From NCBI GenBank assembly GCA_003331545.1, contig QOPC01000001.1, positions 297-64,296 of the forward strand: a stretch of DNA of 64,000 nucleotides, read 5' to 3'. Shown here piece after piece: positions 46,665 through 56,166 of this stretch (positions are counted from its first letter, which is position 1; the number at the start of each line of letters is the position of its first letter). The notes under the pieces are model-generated. The model did not search any database, was not told where the DNA came from, and saw nothing but the letters and a program-made list of their open reading frames with translations. The position numbers were made by a program, and so were the translations under genes. Origin of the DNA: SAR86 cluster bacterium (GTDB taxonomy: Bacteria > Pseudomonadota > Gammaproteobacteria > Magnimaribacterales > D2472).

Positions 46665-47368
46665 ATAAAATAAAAAATTTAATAGGATTAAACCTAATTT
46701 TTTTTCTTAGCTTAAATCTTATAGCCAATGATGATCCCTTTGAGGATTTTAATAGAAAGATTTGGACGTTTAATGAGTTTCTTGACGATAACTTTGCTAA
46801 ACCTGCAGCTGAAATATATACATCTGTTACACCTAATTTTATTGAAATTGGAATGACAAATTTTTTTAGAAATATAAATGAGCTAGATAATACTGCTAAT
46901 CAATTACTGCAAGGCAAACCTGGATTTGCTGCCAATGATTTTGGACGTTTTTTAATCAATACATCTATTGGCTTGCTTGGCTTTATTGATGTGGCTTCAA
47001 AAATGGGCTTAGAAAGGCATGATGAGGATTTTGGACAAACTTTGGGTTACTGGGGTGTTAGCAAGGGTCCTTTTTTGATGATACCTCTTTACGGCCCCTC
47101 AACTCCAAGAAGTTTGGCTGGTAGGAGTGTCAGTTCAGTTTTAACAGGAACTTTTGCAATTGAAGAAACAGATGTGAGGATTGGTATTACAGCGTTAGAC
47201 GCTTTAGAGACAAGAGCCAGATATCTTGAGGTAGAAACACTGATTGTCGGCGATAGATATTCATTTATTAGAGATTCCTATATGCAGTACCTAGATTTTG
47301 AATCTAGCAATGGAGAAGATCAAGTCGATGATTTTGTTGATGACATGGATGACTTTCTATTAGACTAA
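46661..47368 (+). CDS. mlaA: MlaA/VacJ family outer-membrane lipid-asymmetry protein
   Basis: DPFEDFNRKIWTFNEFLD, NFFRNINE, NQLLQGK. N-terminal signal sequence (no obvious lipobox Cys). Confidence 0.85.
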   Translation: MNKIKNLIGLNLIFFLSLNLIANDDPFEDFNRKIWTFNEFLDDNFAKPAAEIYTSVTPNFIEIGMTNFFRNINELDNTANQLLQGKPGFAANDFGRFLINTSIGLLGFIDVASKMGLERHDEDFGQTLGYWGVSKGPFLMIPLYGPSTPRSLAGRSVSSVLTGTFAIEETDVRIGITALDALETRARYLEVETLIVGDRYSFIRDSYMQYLDFESSNGEDQVDDFVDDMDDFLLD

Positions 47369-47370
47369 AT

Positions 47371-48333
47371 TTAGACTAGAGAAACTAAATCACTTTGCGT
47401 GACTTCTAAGTTATTTTTCTGCATGGTTTCTAGAATAAGAGATCGAAACGCTTTAGCATTTTTTAGGCCTCTATTAAGTCCAAATACATGTTTCAGCGTT
47501 CTTGAGTAGGGCTCTCCATGATTATTTTGATCTCTGCAATAATCAAGATATTCTTTCAGTATAGTTTTTCTATCAGAGCCAATATCGACTTCATTGAACA
47601 ATCTTGAATCAATATCGCTAACAATCATCGGATTGTCATATGGTGTTCGGCCAAGCATTACCCCATCAACTTTTTCTAAATGTATTAATGATTCCTCAAT
47701 ATTTTTAATACCTCCATTTATAACAATTTCTAACTCAGGAAATTCCTTTTTGAGCTGATATACGTTTTCATACTTTAATGGCGGAATCTGTCGATTTTGT
47801 CTTGGTGTTAAACCTTTAAGAATAGCAACCCTTGCATGAACAATTAATGTTTTAAATTTTGAATTAAATATTTTTCTCACAAAATTATTCAAAAAATCTT
47901 GATCATCTCTTTTATTTACTCCAATTCTGCACTTTACAGTGATAGGAATTGAGGTGACCTCTTGCATGGCTTGAATACATTCGTTTACTAAATATGGATC
48001 TTCCATCAAACATGCTCCAAACGACCCTTTTTGAACTCTCTCAGATGGACATCCAACGTTTAGATTTATTTCATCGTAACCAAGAGAGGAGCAAATCTTT
48101 GCGCACTCAGCTAAATCATCTGGCTCCGAACCTCCAAGCTGAACTGCAACAGGATGTTCAATTTTATTATTAAATTTTAATTGATTCAGACATTTGCCAT
48201 GAATAATTGCATTGGTTGTTACCATTTCTGTATACAAAAAAGCTTTTTTGGTAATAAGACGAAATAAAAACCGATCATGTACATCAGTGCATTGCATCAT
48301 TGGAGCAATGCAAAACCTATGACTTAAAGACAT
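47371..48333 (-). CDS. dusA: tRNA-dihydrouridine synthase A
   Basis: FCIAPMMQCTDVHDRFLFRL, NLNVGCPS, VKCRIG, HARVAILKGLTPRQNRQIPPL. Confidence 0.9.
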   Translation of the reverse strand: MSLSHRFCIAPMMQCTDVHDRFLFRLITKKAFLYTEMVTTNAIIHGKCLNQLKFNNKIEHPVAVQLGGSEPDDLAECAKICSSLGYDEINLNVGCPSERVQKGSFGACLMEDPYLVNECIQAMQEVTSIPITVKCRIGVNKRDDQDFLNNFVRKIFNSKFKTLIVHARVAILKGLTPRQNRQIPPLKYENVYQLKKEFPELEIVINGGIKNIEESLIHLEKVDGVMLGRTPYDNPMIVSDIDSRLFNEVDIGSDRKTILKEYLDYCRDQNNHGEPYSRTLKHVFGLNRGLKNAKAFRSLILETMQKNNLEVTQSDLVSLV

Positions 48334-48337
48334 AGTT

Positions 48338-49849
48338 TTATAAGAAAGTAACCACTGCTATAAACCCAACGATACTTAAAACAAAAGTGTAGGGCAAAGC
48401 CATTACCACCATTCTCATATATGAAAGATTTATCAGCGGTGCCAATGATGATGTTAATAGAAATAGAAATGCGGCCTGTCCATTTGGTGTTGCTATGCTT
48501 GGTATATTTGTACCTGTATTAATTGCAATTGCTAACTTGTCAAATTGAGATCGAGAAATAACATTTGTATCAAGCGCATCTTTTATTTCATTAATATAAA
48601 TGGTAGCTACAAATACGTTATCGCTTATTGCGGACAAGACTCCGTTTGCTACAAAGAAAATCGGTGCTTGGCTATTAATATCCTGTGCTAAAACATAAGT
48701 AATTATGGGTGTGAATAATTGCTGATCAGCAATTACGCTTACCACTCCAAAAAATACAACCAATAATGCAGTAAAAGGGAGTGCTTCTTTAAATGCATCA
48801 CCTAGATCATGTTCATGAGTAACTCCCTTAAAAGATGTCAAAAGAATAATTACACCTAAGCCGATAATTCCAACTGCTGCTAAGTGTAAGGCTAATGCTA
48901 TGATTAGAAAAATACCTACAAGCATCTCCACATATAATTCTAATTTATCCTGTTCAGTTCTTTTTGATTCTTCGTACGTATTATATTCATGAAAGATATT
49001 TTTGATTCTTGCAGGTAATTGATTACCAAATCCGCAAATTTGAAGCTTTTCAATCGTAAAGCAAGTGATCATCCCCGCAATGAATACTGGAACAGTTATG
49101 GGCGCCATTTTTATCATGAATTCAATAAACTCCCAGCCAGCAACATTTGCAATTAACAGATTTTGTGGCTCTCCAACAATAGTGCATACACCTCCTAGTG
49201 CTGTTCCAACAACGCCATGCATAATTAAATCTCTTAAAAAGGCTTTAAAATTTTCTAAATCTTCCAATCCTGACTCAGTCAATGATGTGTCATCTTGATA
49301 ATTGTGGCTAGTTTCAGAGAACTCTTGGCCAGAATTAGCCAAATGAAAAATGCGATAAAAGCCAACTGCAACTGCGATCAATACTGCTGTAACAGTTAAA
49401 GCATCCAAAAAAGCAGAAAGGAAGGCTGAAACAAAGCAGAACATTAGAGATAACTTTGTTTTTGAATGTATAGTAAGAAGTAACTTTGTAAAAATTGTAA
49501 GCATTAGATTTTTCATAAAGTAGATTCCAGCAACCATAAAAACTAAGAGCAAAATAACTTCTAGATTGTGTTCTATTTCATAAAGAAGAGTGTAGGGTGT
49601 TGTGAGTCCCAGGAATAACGCTTGAATAGCAATTAAACCTCCAGGTTGAAGGGGATAACATTTAAGAGCCAAGGCAAGAGTAAAAATAAATTCTAATAAG
49701 ATCATCCAACCAACAATAAATGTACCATTAAGACCAATATTATTAAAAATTAATAAAGCGATGGGGTTAATCAATAAGAAGGCTATGATGGTATTCTTAT
49801 ACCATGAGGGCGAATCACCTAAGAACATTTTGTATAAGTTATTTGTCAT
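48338..49849 (-). CDS. nhaB: Na+/H+ antiporter NhaB
   Basis: 503 aa, collinear with E. coli NhaB as I remember it (SP.WYK...[31 protein letters not shown]). Confidence 0.92.
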   Translation of the reverse strand: MTNNLYKMFLGDSPSWYKNTIIAFLLINPIALLIFNNIGLNGTFIVGWMILLEFIFTLALALKCYPLQPGGLIAIQALFLGLTTPYTLLYEIEHNLEVILLLVFMVAGIYFMKNLMLTIFTKLLLTIHSKTKLSLMFCFVSAFLSAFLDALTVTAVLIAVAVGFYRIFHLANSGQEFSETSHNYQDDTSLTESGLEDLENFKAFLRDLIMHGVVGTALGGVCTIVGEPQNLLIANVAGWEFIEFMIKMAPITVPVFIAGMITCFTIEKLQICGFGNQLPARIKNIFHEYNTYEESKRTEQDKLELYVEMLVGIFLIIALALHLAAVGIIGLGVIILLTSFKGVTHEHDLGDAFKEALPFTALLVVFFGVVSVIADQQLFTPIITYVLAQDINSQAPIFFVANGVLSAISDNVFVATIYINEIKDALDTNVISRSQFDKLAIAINTGTNIPSIATPNGQAAFLFLLTSSLAPLINLSYMRMVVMALPYTFVLSIVGFIAVVTFL

Positions 49850-49867
49850 ATTAAAATTCCCATCCTT

Positions 49868-50695
49868 ATGAAATTAACAAGAGAGCTTCACGAAAAGTTA
49901 AATGAAGATTCAAAGCTAATTATATTTTGTGATAACAAGATTTTATACGATCACAAAGAAAATACTTATAGTTTTGAGAGAAAAGATTTAAATCCTATTC
50001 AGCAATCAGGGCCATATTTGTGCATAGCTGAGGCAAGTGGTCATTTCATATACGCATTAGAAATTGATCCACAAGATCAAATCTTAGGTATTTTTATGGA
50101 TCCCAAGTCTATTGATTTTGTTGATCTTCGAAACATTTTGGGGTTTTTAGATAAAGAGAGCTTTTTACTTCTATCTCGTGCCTCTATTTTAAATCTTTGG
50201 AGGAATCAAAATATTTTTTGCAGTATATGTGGAACTAAGAATACATTTAATTTAGCAGAGGGCGCATTTGAATGTTCTTGCAATCAATTACCAAAATATC
50301 CAACTATATCTCCTTGCATCATCACACTTATTCATGATGATGATAAAATTTTACTTGGTAGAAATAAGTATTTTCCTCAAGACATGTACAGTACCCTGGC
50401 CGGATTTATTGAGGCTGGAGAGAATGCAGAAGAAGCTCTGGTTAGAGAAGTTAAAGAGGAAGTCAATGTAGCTGTATCAAACATTACATATCATTCATCA
50501 CAATCTTGGCCATTTCCCTCTCAGCTGATGCTTGGTTATATGTGCAAATATGATACAGGAGAGATAGTTTTAAATGATGCAGAGCTAGAGGATGCTAAAT
50601 GGTTCAGCATTACTGATTTGCCTGATATTCCTCCAGATGCATCAATATCAGGTCAGCTCATTCGCTCTTATATCGAGGATCATTTAAAGCTCTAG
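49868..50695 (+). CDS. nudC: NADH pyrophosphatase (Nudix)
   Basis: Zinc ribbon [21 protein letters not shown] followed by the Nudix box [23 protein letters not shown] and the [11 protein letters not shown] motif. Confidence 0.88.
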   Translation: MKLTRELHEKLNEDSKLIIFCDNKILYDHKENTYSFERKDLNPIQQSGPYLCIAEASGHFIYALEIDPQDQILGIFMDPKSIDFVDLRNILGFLDKESFLLLSRASILNLWRNQNIFCSICGTKNTFNLAEGAFECSCNQLPKYPTISPCIITLIHDDDKILLGRNKYFPQDMYSTLAGFIEAGENAEEALVREVKEEVNVAVSNITYHSSQSWPFPSQLMLGYMCKYDTGEIVLNDAELEDAKWFSITDLPDIPPDASISGQLIRSYIEDHLKL

Positions 50696-52751
50696 TCGGT
50701 TTTGGTGCTGGACTTGGAGCTGGAGTTGGCACTGGGGCAGCAGATGGAATAGGTGTAGGGGCTGGAGCCGGAGTTGTTTCAGGAGATGAAGATTTTTGTA
50801 ACTGTGAATCACCCTTGGCAGCATCTGTTTTCTCTATTTTATTTCCATCGAGATTCACATTAGGTTTTTTAGCTTTTTTTGGCTCTATTAAATTGCCATC
50901 TGATTCTTTTGGTTTTTTTGGAGGTATGACAACTGGTTTAGAAGTTTTATTATTTGGATTCCTTTTGTTAGTGTTATTTTTATTTCTATTGTTTGGTCTG
51001 GCATTTTTATTATTTTGACTTCTTTCAGATTTATTATTTTTATTAAATCTTGATTGATTTTTTTTATAATTCCTAGATTTTTTATTTCTTGTATTTTTCT
51101 TTTTCTTATTAGATTTTAAAAATGAAAGTGTAAAAATAGATTTTATAAATGCAAATAGCCTGTTAGCACTTTTTCTTTTTGGCATTCTGGGAGGAACAGA
51201 AACTTTTACCAATGGTTTCAATGTCTTTTTATTTGAATTCACATCACGCCATTCCATAGATGGCTCTGGACTGCTGGGAGTCATATCATATGAAAATGGT
51301 TTTTTCCCTGCTACTGCTTTTACTCTTGCAACTTTGTAATAGGGCCTTGCCTTGTATGGATCTGCAATCACAAGAATATTAACCTGATATGTGTTTTCAA
51401 TAGCAATAATGTCTCTTCTTTTCTCATTTAATAAATAACTGGAAACATCGGCAGGTACATAGACATGAATTTCACCAGTATTTTCTTTTGCTGCATCTTC
51501 CCCAATTATTCTTAAGATTGATTGCCCCAAAGACCTTGCACCCCTTACTTGAACATGCTGTATATCATAAGTTTCCTCTAACGAGGGTCGAAGTCTTTGT
51601 CTTGAAAGTTCAAGTAAACCGAAGCGAGAAATTCCAGCAATTTGAATTCTAGCTCTATCGGATTGCACGGATGATCTAAAAGTATTTTCTACTTTTTGTT
51701 GATGTTTTTCATCCTGCATATCTATAAAGTCTATAACAATCAATCCACCCAAATCACGCAATCTAAGTTGCCTAGCGATTTCTTTAGCTGCTTCAATGTT
51801 TGTTGCAAAAGCAGTTGATTCAATATCTTTTCCCTTAGTTGATCGAGCTGAGTTGACATCTATAGACACCATCGCTTCGGTAGGATCTATTACAATTGAC
51901 CCACCTGATGGCAAAGATATTTCTCTTTGGAAGGCAAGCTCTATCTGACTTTCTATTTGGTACCTGTTAAATAGCGCTATGTCTTCGTTATAAAAGATTA
52001 CTTTATCTGCATGATCGGGAATAACTGATTTAGCAAAATCTAATGCTTCAGCATGAACAGACTCATCATCAATAAGTATTTCTTCTATATCGTCTCTAAA
52101 GTAATCTCTAAATACCCTTAAAATTAATTTATCATCCTTGTATATCAGACTTGGACTTGGAGCGTCCTCAATTGATGAATTTATTTGATTCCATAGATTC
52201 ATTAAGTAATCTAAATCCCATTTTAATTCATCAGTTGATCTTCCTAGCCCAGCAGTTCTTACTATAACGCTCATTCCGTCAGGGATTTGTAGAGCATTTA
52301 ATGCATTTTTAATGTCATCCCTTTCTTCTCCTGAAATTCTTCTAGAAACACCACCAGATTTTTCAGAATTAGGGATCAAAACTATAAACCTTCCTGCTAA
52401 TGATATTTGATTAGAGAGGGCAGCTCCTTTTGTACCTCTTTCCTCTTTTAAGACTTGAATGAGGATTTCATCACCTTCTTTGAGATTGCATTTTCTTTTA
52501 CCATCTGAATCTTTGGTGAAATATTTATTCGATAGCTCTTTTAATGGTAAAAATCCGTGTCTTTCACTCCCAAAATTAATAAATGCTGCATCCAAGCTAG
52601 TTTCTACTCTAGATACTGTCGCTTTGAAAATACTTCCTTTAAGAAGAGATTGAGCATTAAATTCATTGTCCAAATCAAACAATTTAGCTCCATCAACTAA
52701 AGCAACACGAAGCTCATCAGAATATGAGCAATTGATTAAAATTCTTTTCAT
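50658..52751 (-). CDS. rne: ribonuclease E (short form, K/N-rich and P/A-rich tail)
   Basis: MKRILINCSYSDELRVALVDG marks the true start (ATG at 52751, with GGAG 7 nt upstream). S1 domain (IFKATVSRVETSLDAAFINFGSERHGFLP), catalytic core (IVIDFIDM). The C-terminal ~200 aa are low complexity. Confidence 0.92.
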   Translation of the reverse strand: MKRILINCSYSDELRVALVDGAKLFDLDNEFNAQSLLKGSIFKATVSRVETSLDAAFINFGSERHGFLPLKELSNKYFTKDSDGKRKCNLKEGDEILIQVLKEERGTKGAALSNQISLAGRFIVLIPNSEKSGGVSRRISGEERDDIKNALNALQIPDGMSVIVRTAGLGRSTDELKWDLDYLMNLWNQINSSIEDAPSPSLIYKDDKLILRVFRDYFRDDIEEILIDDESVHAEALDFAKSVIPDHADKVIFYNEDIALFNRYQIESQIELAFQREISLPSGGSIVIDPTEAMVSIDVNSARSTKGKDIESTAFATNIEAAKEIARQLRLRDLGGLIVIDFIDMQDEKHQQKVENTFRSSVQSDRARIQIAGISRFGLLELSRQRLRPSLEETYDIQHVQVRGARSLGQSILRIIGEDAAKENTGEIHVYVPADVSSYLLNEKRRDIIAIENTYQVNILVIADPYKARPYYKVARVKAVAGKKPFSYDMTPSSPEPSMEWRDVNSNKKTLKPLVKVSVPPRMPKRKSANRLFAFIKSIFTLSFLKSNKKKKNTRNKKSRNYKKNQSRFNKNNKSERSQNNKNARPNNRNKNNTNKRNPNNKTSKPVVIPPKKPKESDGNLIEPKKAKKPNVNLDGNKIEKTDAAKGDSQLQKSSSPETTPAPAPTPIPSAAPVPTPAPSPAPKPTRALNDPRYKSE

Positions 52752-52800
52752 TTTTTTCTCCGATACAGAGAAAGTGAATAGCACTAGGGCTTCTTGAGTA

Positions 52801-52853
52801 AGTAAAGTCTTATCCTGAGGTGCTTTACTAACAGACTTCGCAAATTGCGAAGT
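52801..52853 (-). promoter_or_regulatory. two stem-loops in the putative rne 5' leader
   Basis: The first is an 8-bp perfect stem ACTTCGCA/TGCGAAGT with a 3-nt loop (52835-52853). The second is a 7-bp stem AGTAAAG/CTTTACT with a 15-nt loop (52801-52829). They lie 50-100 nt upstream of the rne ATG within a 267-bp intergenic region. Confidence 0.35.
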
Positions 52854-53018
52854 TTTTTAAAACTTGTTTTATTCTTTAAGCAAACTTTTGCTTTGGTAAC
52901 TTTCTCTTTATATATTTTTTATTATAAATTCTTATTTAAGGCTTAATAAATATCTATTCTAAGCTTTTCAATTGCATTTTTTTATTCATAAACTAGCAAT
53001 TTCACGTATTCTACATCA

Positions 53019-53960
53019 ATGAGCAATAAAAACCTAAAAATAGACATTCATCATGCTGAAAGACGCATTGATAACTATTTATTCAACGTTTATAAAACTC
53101 TTCCAAAATCAAAAATATATAGCATGATTAGAAAAGGTGAGATAAGGGTTAATTCGGGAAGAATTAAGCCTACATACAAATTAAAAATTGCAGATGAGAT
53201 AAGAATACCGCCATATTTAATTGATTTTAAAAATGAAACTTTTATTCCAAAGATCCCATCAAAAAGATTAAATGAGTTTTTATCCTCTATTATTTATCAA
53301 GATGAAGATTATTTAGTTGTAAATAAGGAGCCCGAATTAAGTGTTCACTCTGGAACTAACAATCAATTTGGATTGATTGATATAGCCAGAGCTCAATACC
53401 CATCCAAAGAAATAGACCTTTGCCATCGCATAGACAAATCTACATCTGGTTGCGTTTTGCTCTCTAAAAATAAAATTTTTTTAAGACATTTTCATAACCA
53501 GTTAAAAGAAAATGAGGTTATTAAAAAATATGAGGCAATCTTGTTTGGAGTACTTCAAAAAAATATAAAAATAGAAACAAAAATCGATATTTCATCAAAG
53601 GAGTTCTTGCACAAAGTTCAAGAGTCAAAAGAGGGCAAAAAAGCTATATCAAATTTTAAACTCATCAAGAAATATAAATCATTTACTCATGCTGAAATTA
53701 CTATAAGTACTGGAAGGATGCATCAAATAAGGATTCAAAGTGCAAATATTGGCCATCCAATAGTAAATGATAAAAAATATGGTTTGTTTGACTTAAATAA
53801 AGAAATATTAAAAAAAACATCAATTTCACGCCTGGCATTACATGCCTCATCCATAGATTTTTCTAGGCTTAACGGTACTTCAGTAGCATACAAAGCGCCG
53901 AAAAATAATGATTTTGATATACTTCTATCACAGCTAAGCAAATTAACTGTTAAATCTTAA
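53019..53960 (+). CDS. rluC: 23S rRNA pseudouridine synthase RluC (RluA family)
   Basis: S4-like N-terminus (RIDNYLFNV...IRKGEIRVN), catalytic HRIDKSTSGCVLL, GRMHQIRIQ. Divergent from rne as in enterobacteria. Confidence 0.85.
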   Translation: MSNKNLKIDIHHAERRIDNYLFNVYKTLPKSKIYSMIRKGEIRVNSGRIKPTYKLKIADEIRIPPYLIDFKNETFIPKIPSKRLNEFLSSIIYQDEDYLVVNKEPELSVHSGTNNQFGLIDIARAQYPSKEIDLCHRIDKSTSGCVLLSKNKIFLRHFHNQLKENEVIKKYEAILFGVLQKNIKIETKIDISSKEFLHKVQESKEGKKAISNFKLIKKYKSFTHAEITISTGRMHQIRIQSANIGHPIVNDKKYGLFDLNKEILKKTSISRLALHASSIDFSRLNGTSVAYKAPKNNDFDILLSQLSKLTVKS

Positions 53961-53995
53961 TTTAATCTGATAGTATGCTTTTTTTTTAAAATATT

Positions 53996-54202
53996 ATGGC
54001 AGTACAAAAAAGTAAAAAAACAAGGTCAAAACGTGGAATGATTCGTTCACACGATCATTTGTCTGATTTAACGTTATCAACAGATCCAGTTTCTGGTGAA
54101 CGTCACCTTCGTCATCAGATGACTGCAGATGGTTTTTACAAAGGTCGTCTTATTAAAGACCTTAGAAAGCCTATTAAAGAAGCAGAGGAAAACGAAACTT
54201 AA
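53996..54202 (+). CDS. rpmF: 50S ribosomal protein L32
   Basis: [20 protein letters not shown]...SGE.HLRH. 68 aa. Confidence 0.95.
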   Translation: MAVQKSKKTRSKRGMIRSHDHLSDLTLSTDPVSGERHLRHQMTADGFYKGRLIKDLRKPIKEAEENET

Positions 54203-54210
54203 GACTAACC

Positions 54211-55149
54211 ATGTCTTTTTCAGCTTTCTTAGCGTTTCCAGGACAAGGTTCCCAACATTTATCCATGCTTTCAAAAGGGGGCATAGAAGACATTGCACAT
54301 TCCAGTTCTTACTCGCACATAGTCGAATGCTGTAGTGATTTAATTTCAATTGATGTATATAAACTTATTGAGGAAGGCCCAGAAGATCTTATTAATCAAA
54401 CCTCGATAACACAGCCGCTACTAGTTCTTTGTTCATATCTTCATTACGAAAAATTAATAAATTCTATTGATATAAATCCTAAGTACTTGGCTGGACATTC
54501 ATTGGGCGAATATTCTGCCTTAGTTGCAGCTGATAGTATCCACGTAACAGATGCTTTGATGCTTGTTAGAAAAAGAGGTGAGTTAATGGAGAATGCACCT
54601 AGTGGATCTATGTCAGCAATCATCGGTCTTGATCAAGAAATAATCGTCAAAATATGCTCAAACATTTCAGGCAAAGATAATCTTCATGTTCAATGTGCAA
54701 ATTTAAATTCTCAAAATCAAACTGTAATTTCTGGTGATATTGTTGCCATAGATCAAGCGCAGAAATTATGTATTGAACACGGCGCAAAACGAGCAATAAA
54801 ACTTAATGTAAGCATTGCTTCTCACAGTGAACTAATGATTGACGCTGCAAAAGATTTTGAAAAGATTTTAAAAGCAGTAGATATCAAGATGCCAGCTAAA
54901 GAAATTTTTCATAATGTATCTGTTGGATGTGCGCATTCTATTGAAGAGCTTTATGAGCTCCTTGTCTCTCAACTATATAAACCCGTTCGGTGGGTCGAAA
55001 TTTGTGATCAAGCAAAACTTTTAAATTTACCTATTATTGAGTGTGGCCCAGGAAAAGTGTTATCTGGCTTATTTAAAAATAATGGCCTTGAAAATTATTT
55101 TTATACATCAGATGAAGAATTTTATGAGAAGATAATTACCAATGGATAA
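54211..55149 (+). CDS. fabD: malonyl-CoA:ACP transacylase
   Basis: FPGQGSQ, active site GHSLGEYSAL, and a later ASHS motif. Confidence 0.93.
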   Translation: MSFSAFLAFPGQGSQHLSMLSKGGIEDIAHSSSYSHIVECCSDLISIDVYKLIEEGPEDLINQTSITQPLLVLCSYLHYEKLINSIDINPKYLAGHSLGEYSALVAADSIHVTDALMLVRKRGELMENAPSGSMSAIIGLDQEIIVKICSNISGKDNLHVQCANLNSQNQTVISGDIVAIDQAQKLCIEHGAKRAIKLNVSIASHSELMIDAAKDFEKILKAVDIKMPAKEIFHNVSVGCAHSIEELYELLVSQLYKPVRWVEICDQAKLLNLPIIECGPGKVLSGLFKNNGLENYFYTSDEEFYEKIITNG

Positions 55150-55864
55150 CAAGATTGTATTTATAACTGGTATCTCAAGAGGTATTGGTCTAGAAATTGC
55201 AAAACAATTTATTAACAATGGGTACTTTGTTATTGGTACCTCTAGGTCTAAATTAGATCTTAATACTATGCTTGAATCAGATGACTGCCTTCATTTTCCT
55301 CTAGATATAACCGATAGAGCATCAGTTTCTAAATGTCTTGATCAGCTAAAAAAGATAGACAAATTACCCAATGTATTAATTAATAATGCGGGTATAACAA
55401 AAGACCAATTATTCTTGCGAATGAAAGATGATGAATGGGATGATGTTATAAACTCAAATCTTACTAGTGCATTTAATATAACTAAATTATTTATTAAATT
55501 TATGGTAAAAAAAAGATTCGGTAGAATTATCAATATATCGAGTGTTGCTGGCTTGATGGGCAATCCAGGTCAAGTCAATTACTCAGCAAGTAAAGCAGGT
55601 CTTGGAGGATTTACTAGAGCATTAGCAAAGGAGGTTGCTGTTAGAAATATCACAGTAAACTGCATTGCTCCTGGTTTCATAGAAACTGATATGACAAATA
55701 ACTTTAGTGAAGATGAATTAAAAAATATTTTTAATCAAATTCCAGCAAATAAAATGGGAAACTCTAGAGATGTTGCTGATCTGGCCCTATTTTTAGCATC
55801 TCCCAAGGGTAATTATATTACTGGTCAAACCATTTCTGTTGATGGTGGTTTGTATATGAGTTAA
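55142..55864 (+). CDS. fabG: 3-oxoacyl-ACP reductase
   Basis: TGISRGIG, NNAGIT, YSASKAG, PGFIETDMT. Positioned between fabD and acpP. Confidence 0.93.
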   Translation: MDNKIVFITGISRGIGLEIAKQFINNGYFVIGTSRSKLDLNTMLESDDCLHFPLDITDRASVSKCLDQLKKIDKLPNVLINNAGITKDQLFLRMKDDEWDDVINSNLTSAFNITKLFIKFMVKKRFGRIINISSVAGLMGNPGQVNYSASKAGLGGFTRALAKEVAVRNITVNCIAPGFIETDMTNNFSEDELKNIFNQIPANKMGNSRDVADLALFLASPKGNYITGQTISVDGGLYMS

Positions 55865-55925
55865 GAATTTAGTTGTTTTTGGTTGAAATGCTGTAAAATG
55901 TATTTTTTTAAATGGAGGATGCCTT

Positions 55926-56156
55926 GTGAGTATCGAAGAAAGAGTAAGAAAAATTGTTTGTGAGCAACTTGGTGTTGGAGATGAGGAAGTCAATAACGAC
56001 TCTTCATTTGTTGATGATCTGGGTGCTGATTCGCTTGATACAGTAGAATTAGTGATGGCTCTCGAAGAAGAGTTTGAACTTGAAATTGCCGACGAAGAGG
56101 CAGAAAAAATTTCTACCGTCCAAGAAGCTGTAAATTATATAAATTCTAATAGCTAA
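55926..56156 (+). CDS. acpP: acyl carrier protein
   Basis: GTG start. Phosphopantetheine site [20 protein letters not shown]. Confidence 0.95.
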   Translation: MSIEERVRKIVCEQLGVGDEEVNNDSSFVDDLGADSLDTVELVMALEEEFELEIADEEAEKISTVQEAVNYINSNS

Positions 56157-56166
56157 AATTACTTAA

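Noticed and set aside
50700-51120. Repetitive-looking DNA (GGAGCTGGAGTTGG-type and AAT/AAA-rich runs)
   Set aside because: It is the coding sequence of the low-complexity P/A-rich and K/N-rich RNase E tail. It is not a CRISPR array, not a tandem-repeat element and not a spacer-repeat structure.
52835-52859. Plus-strand rho-independent terminator (8-bp hairpin followed by TTTTTT)
   Set aside because: No plus-strand gene ends upstream of it, because the flanking gene rne is on the minus strand. It is reinterpreted as part of the rne leader structure.
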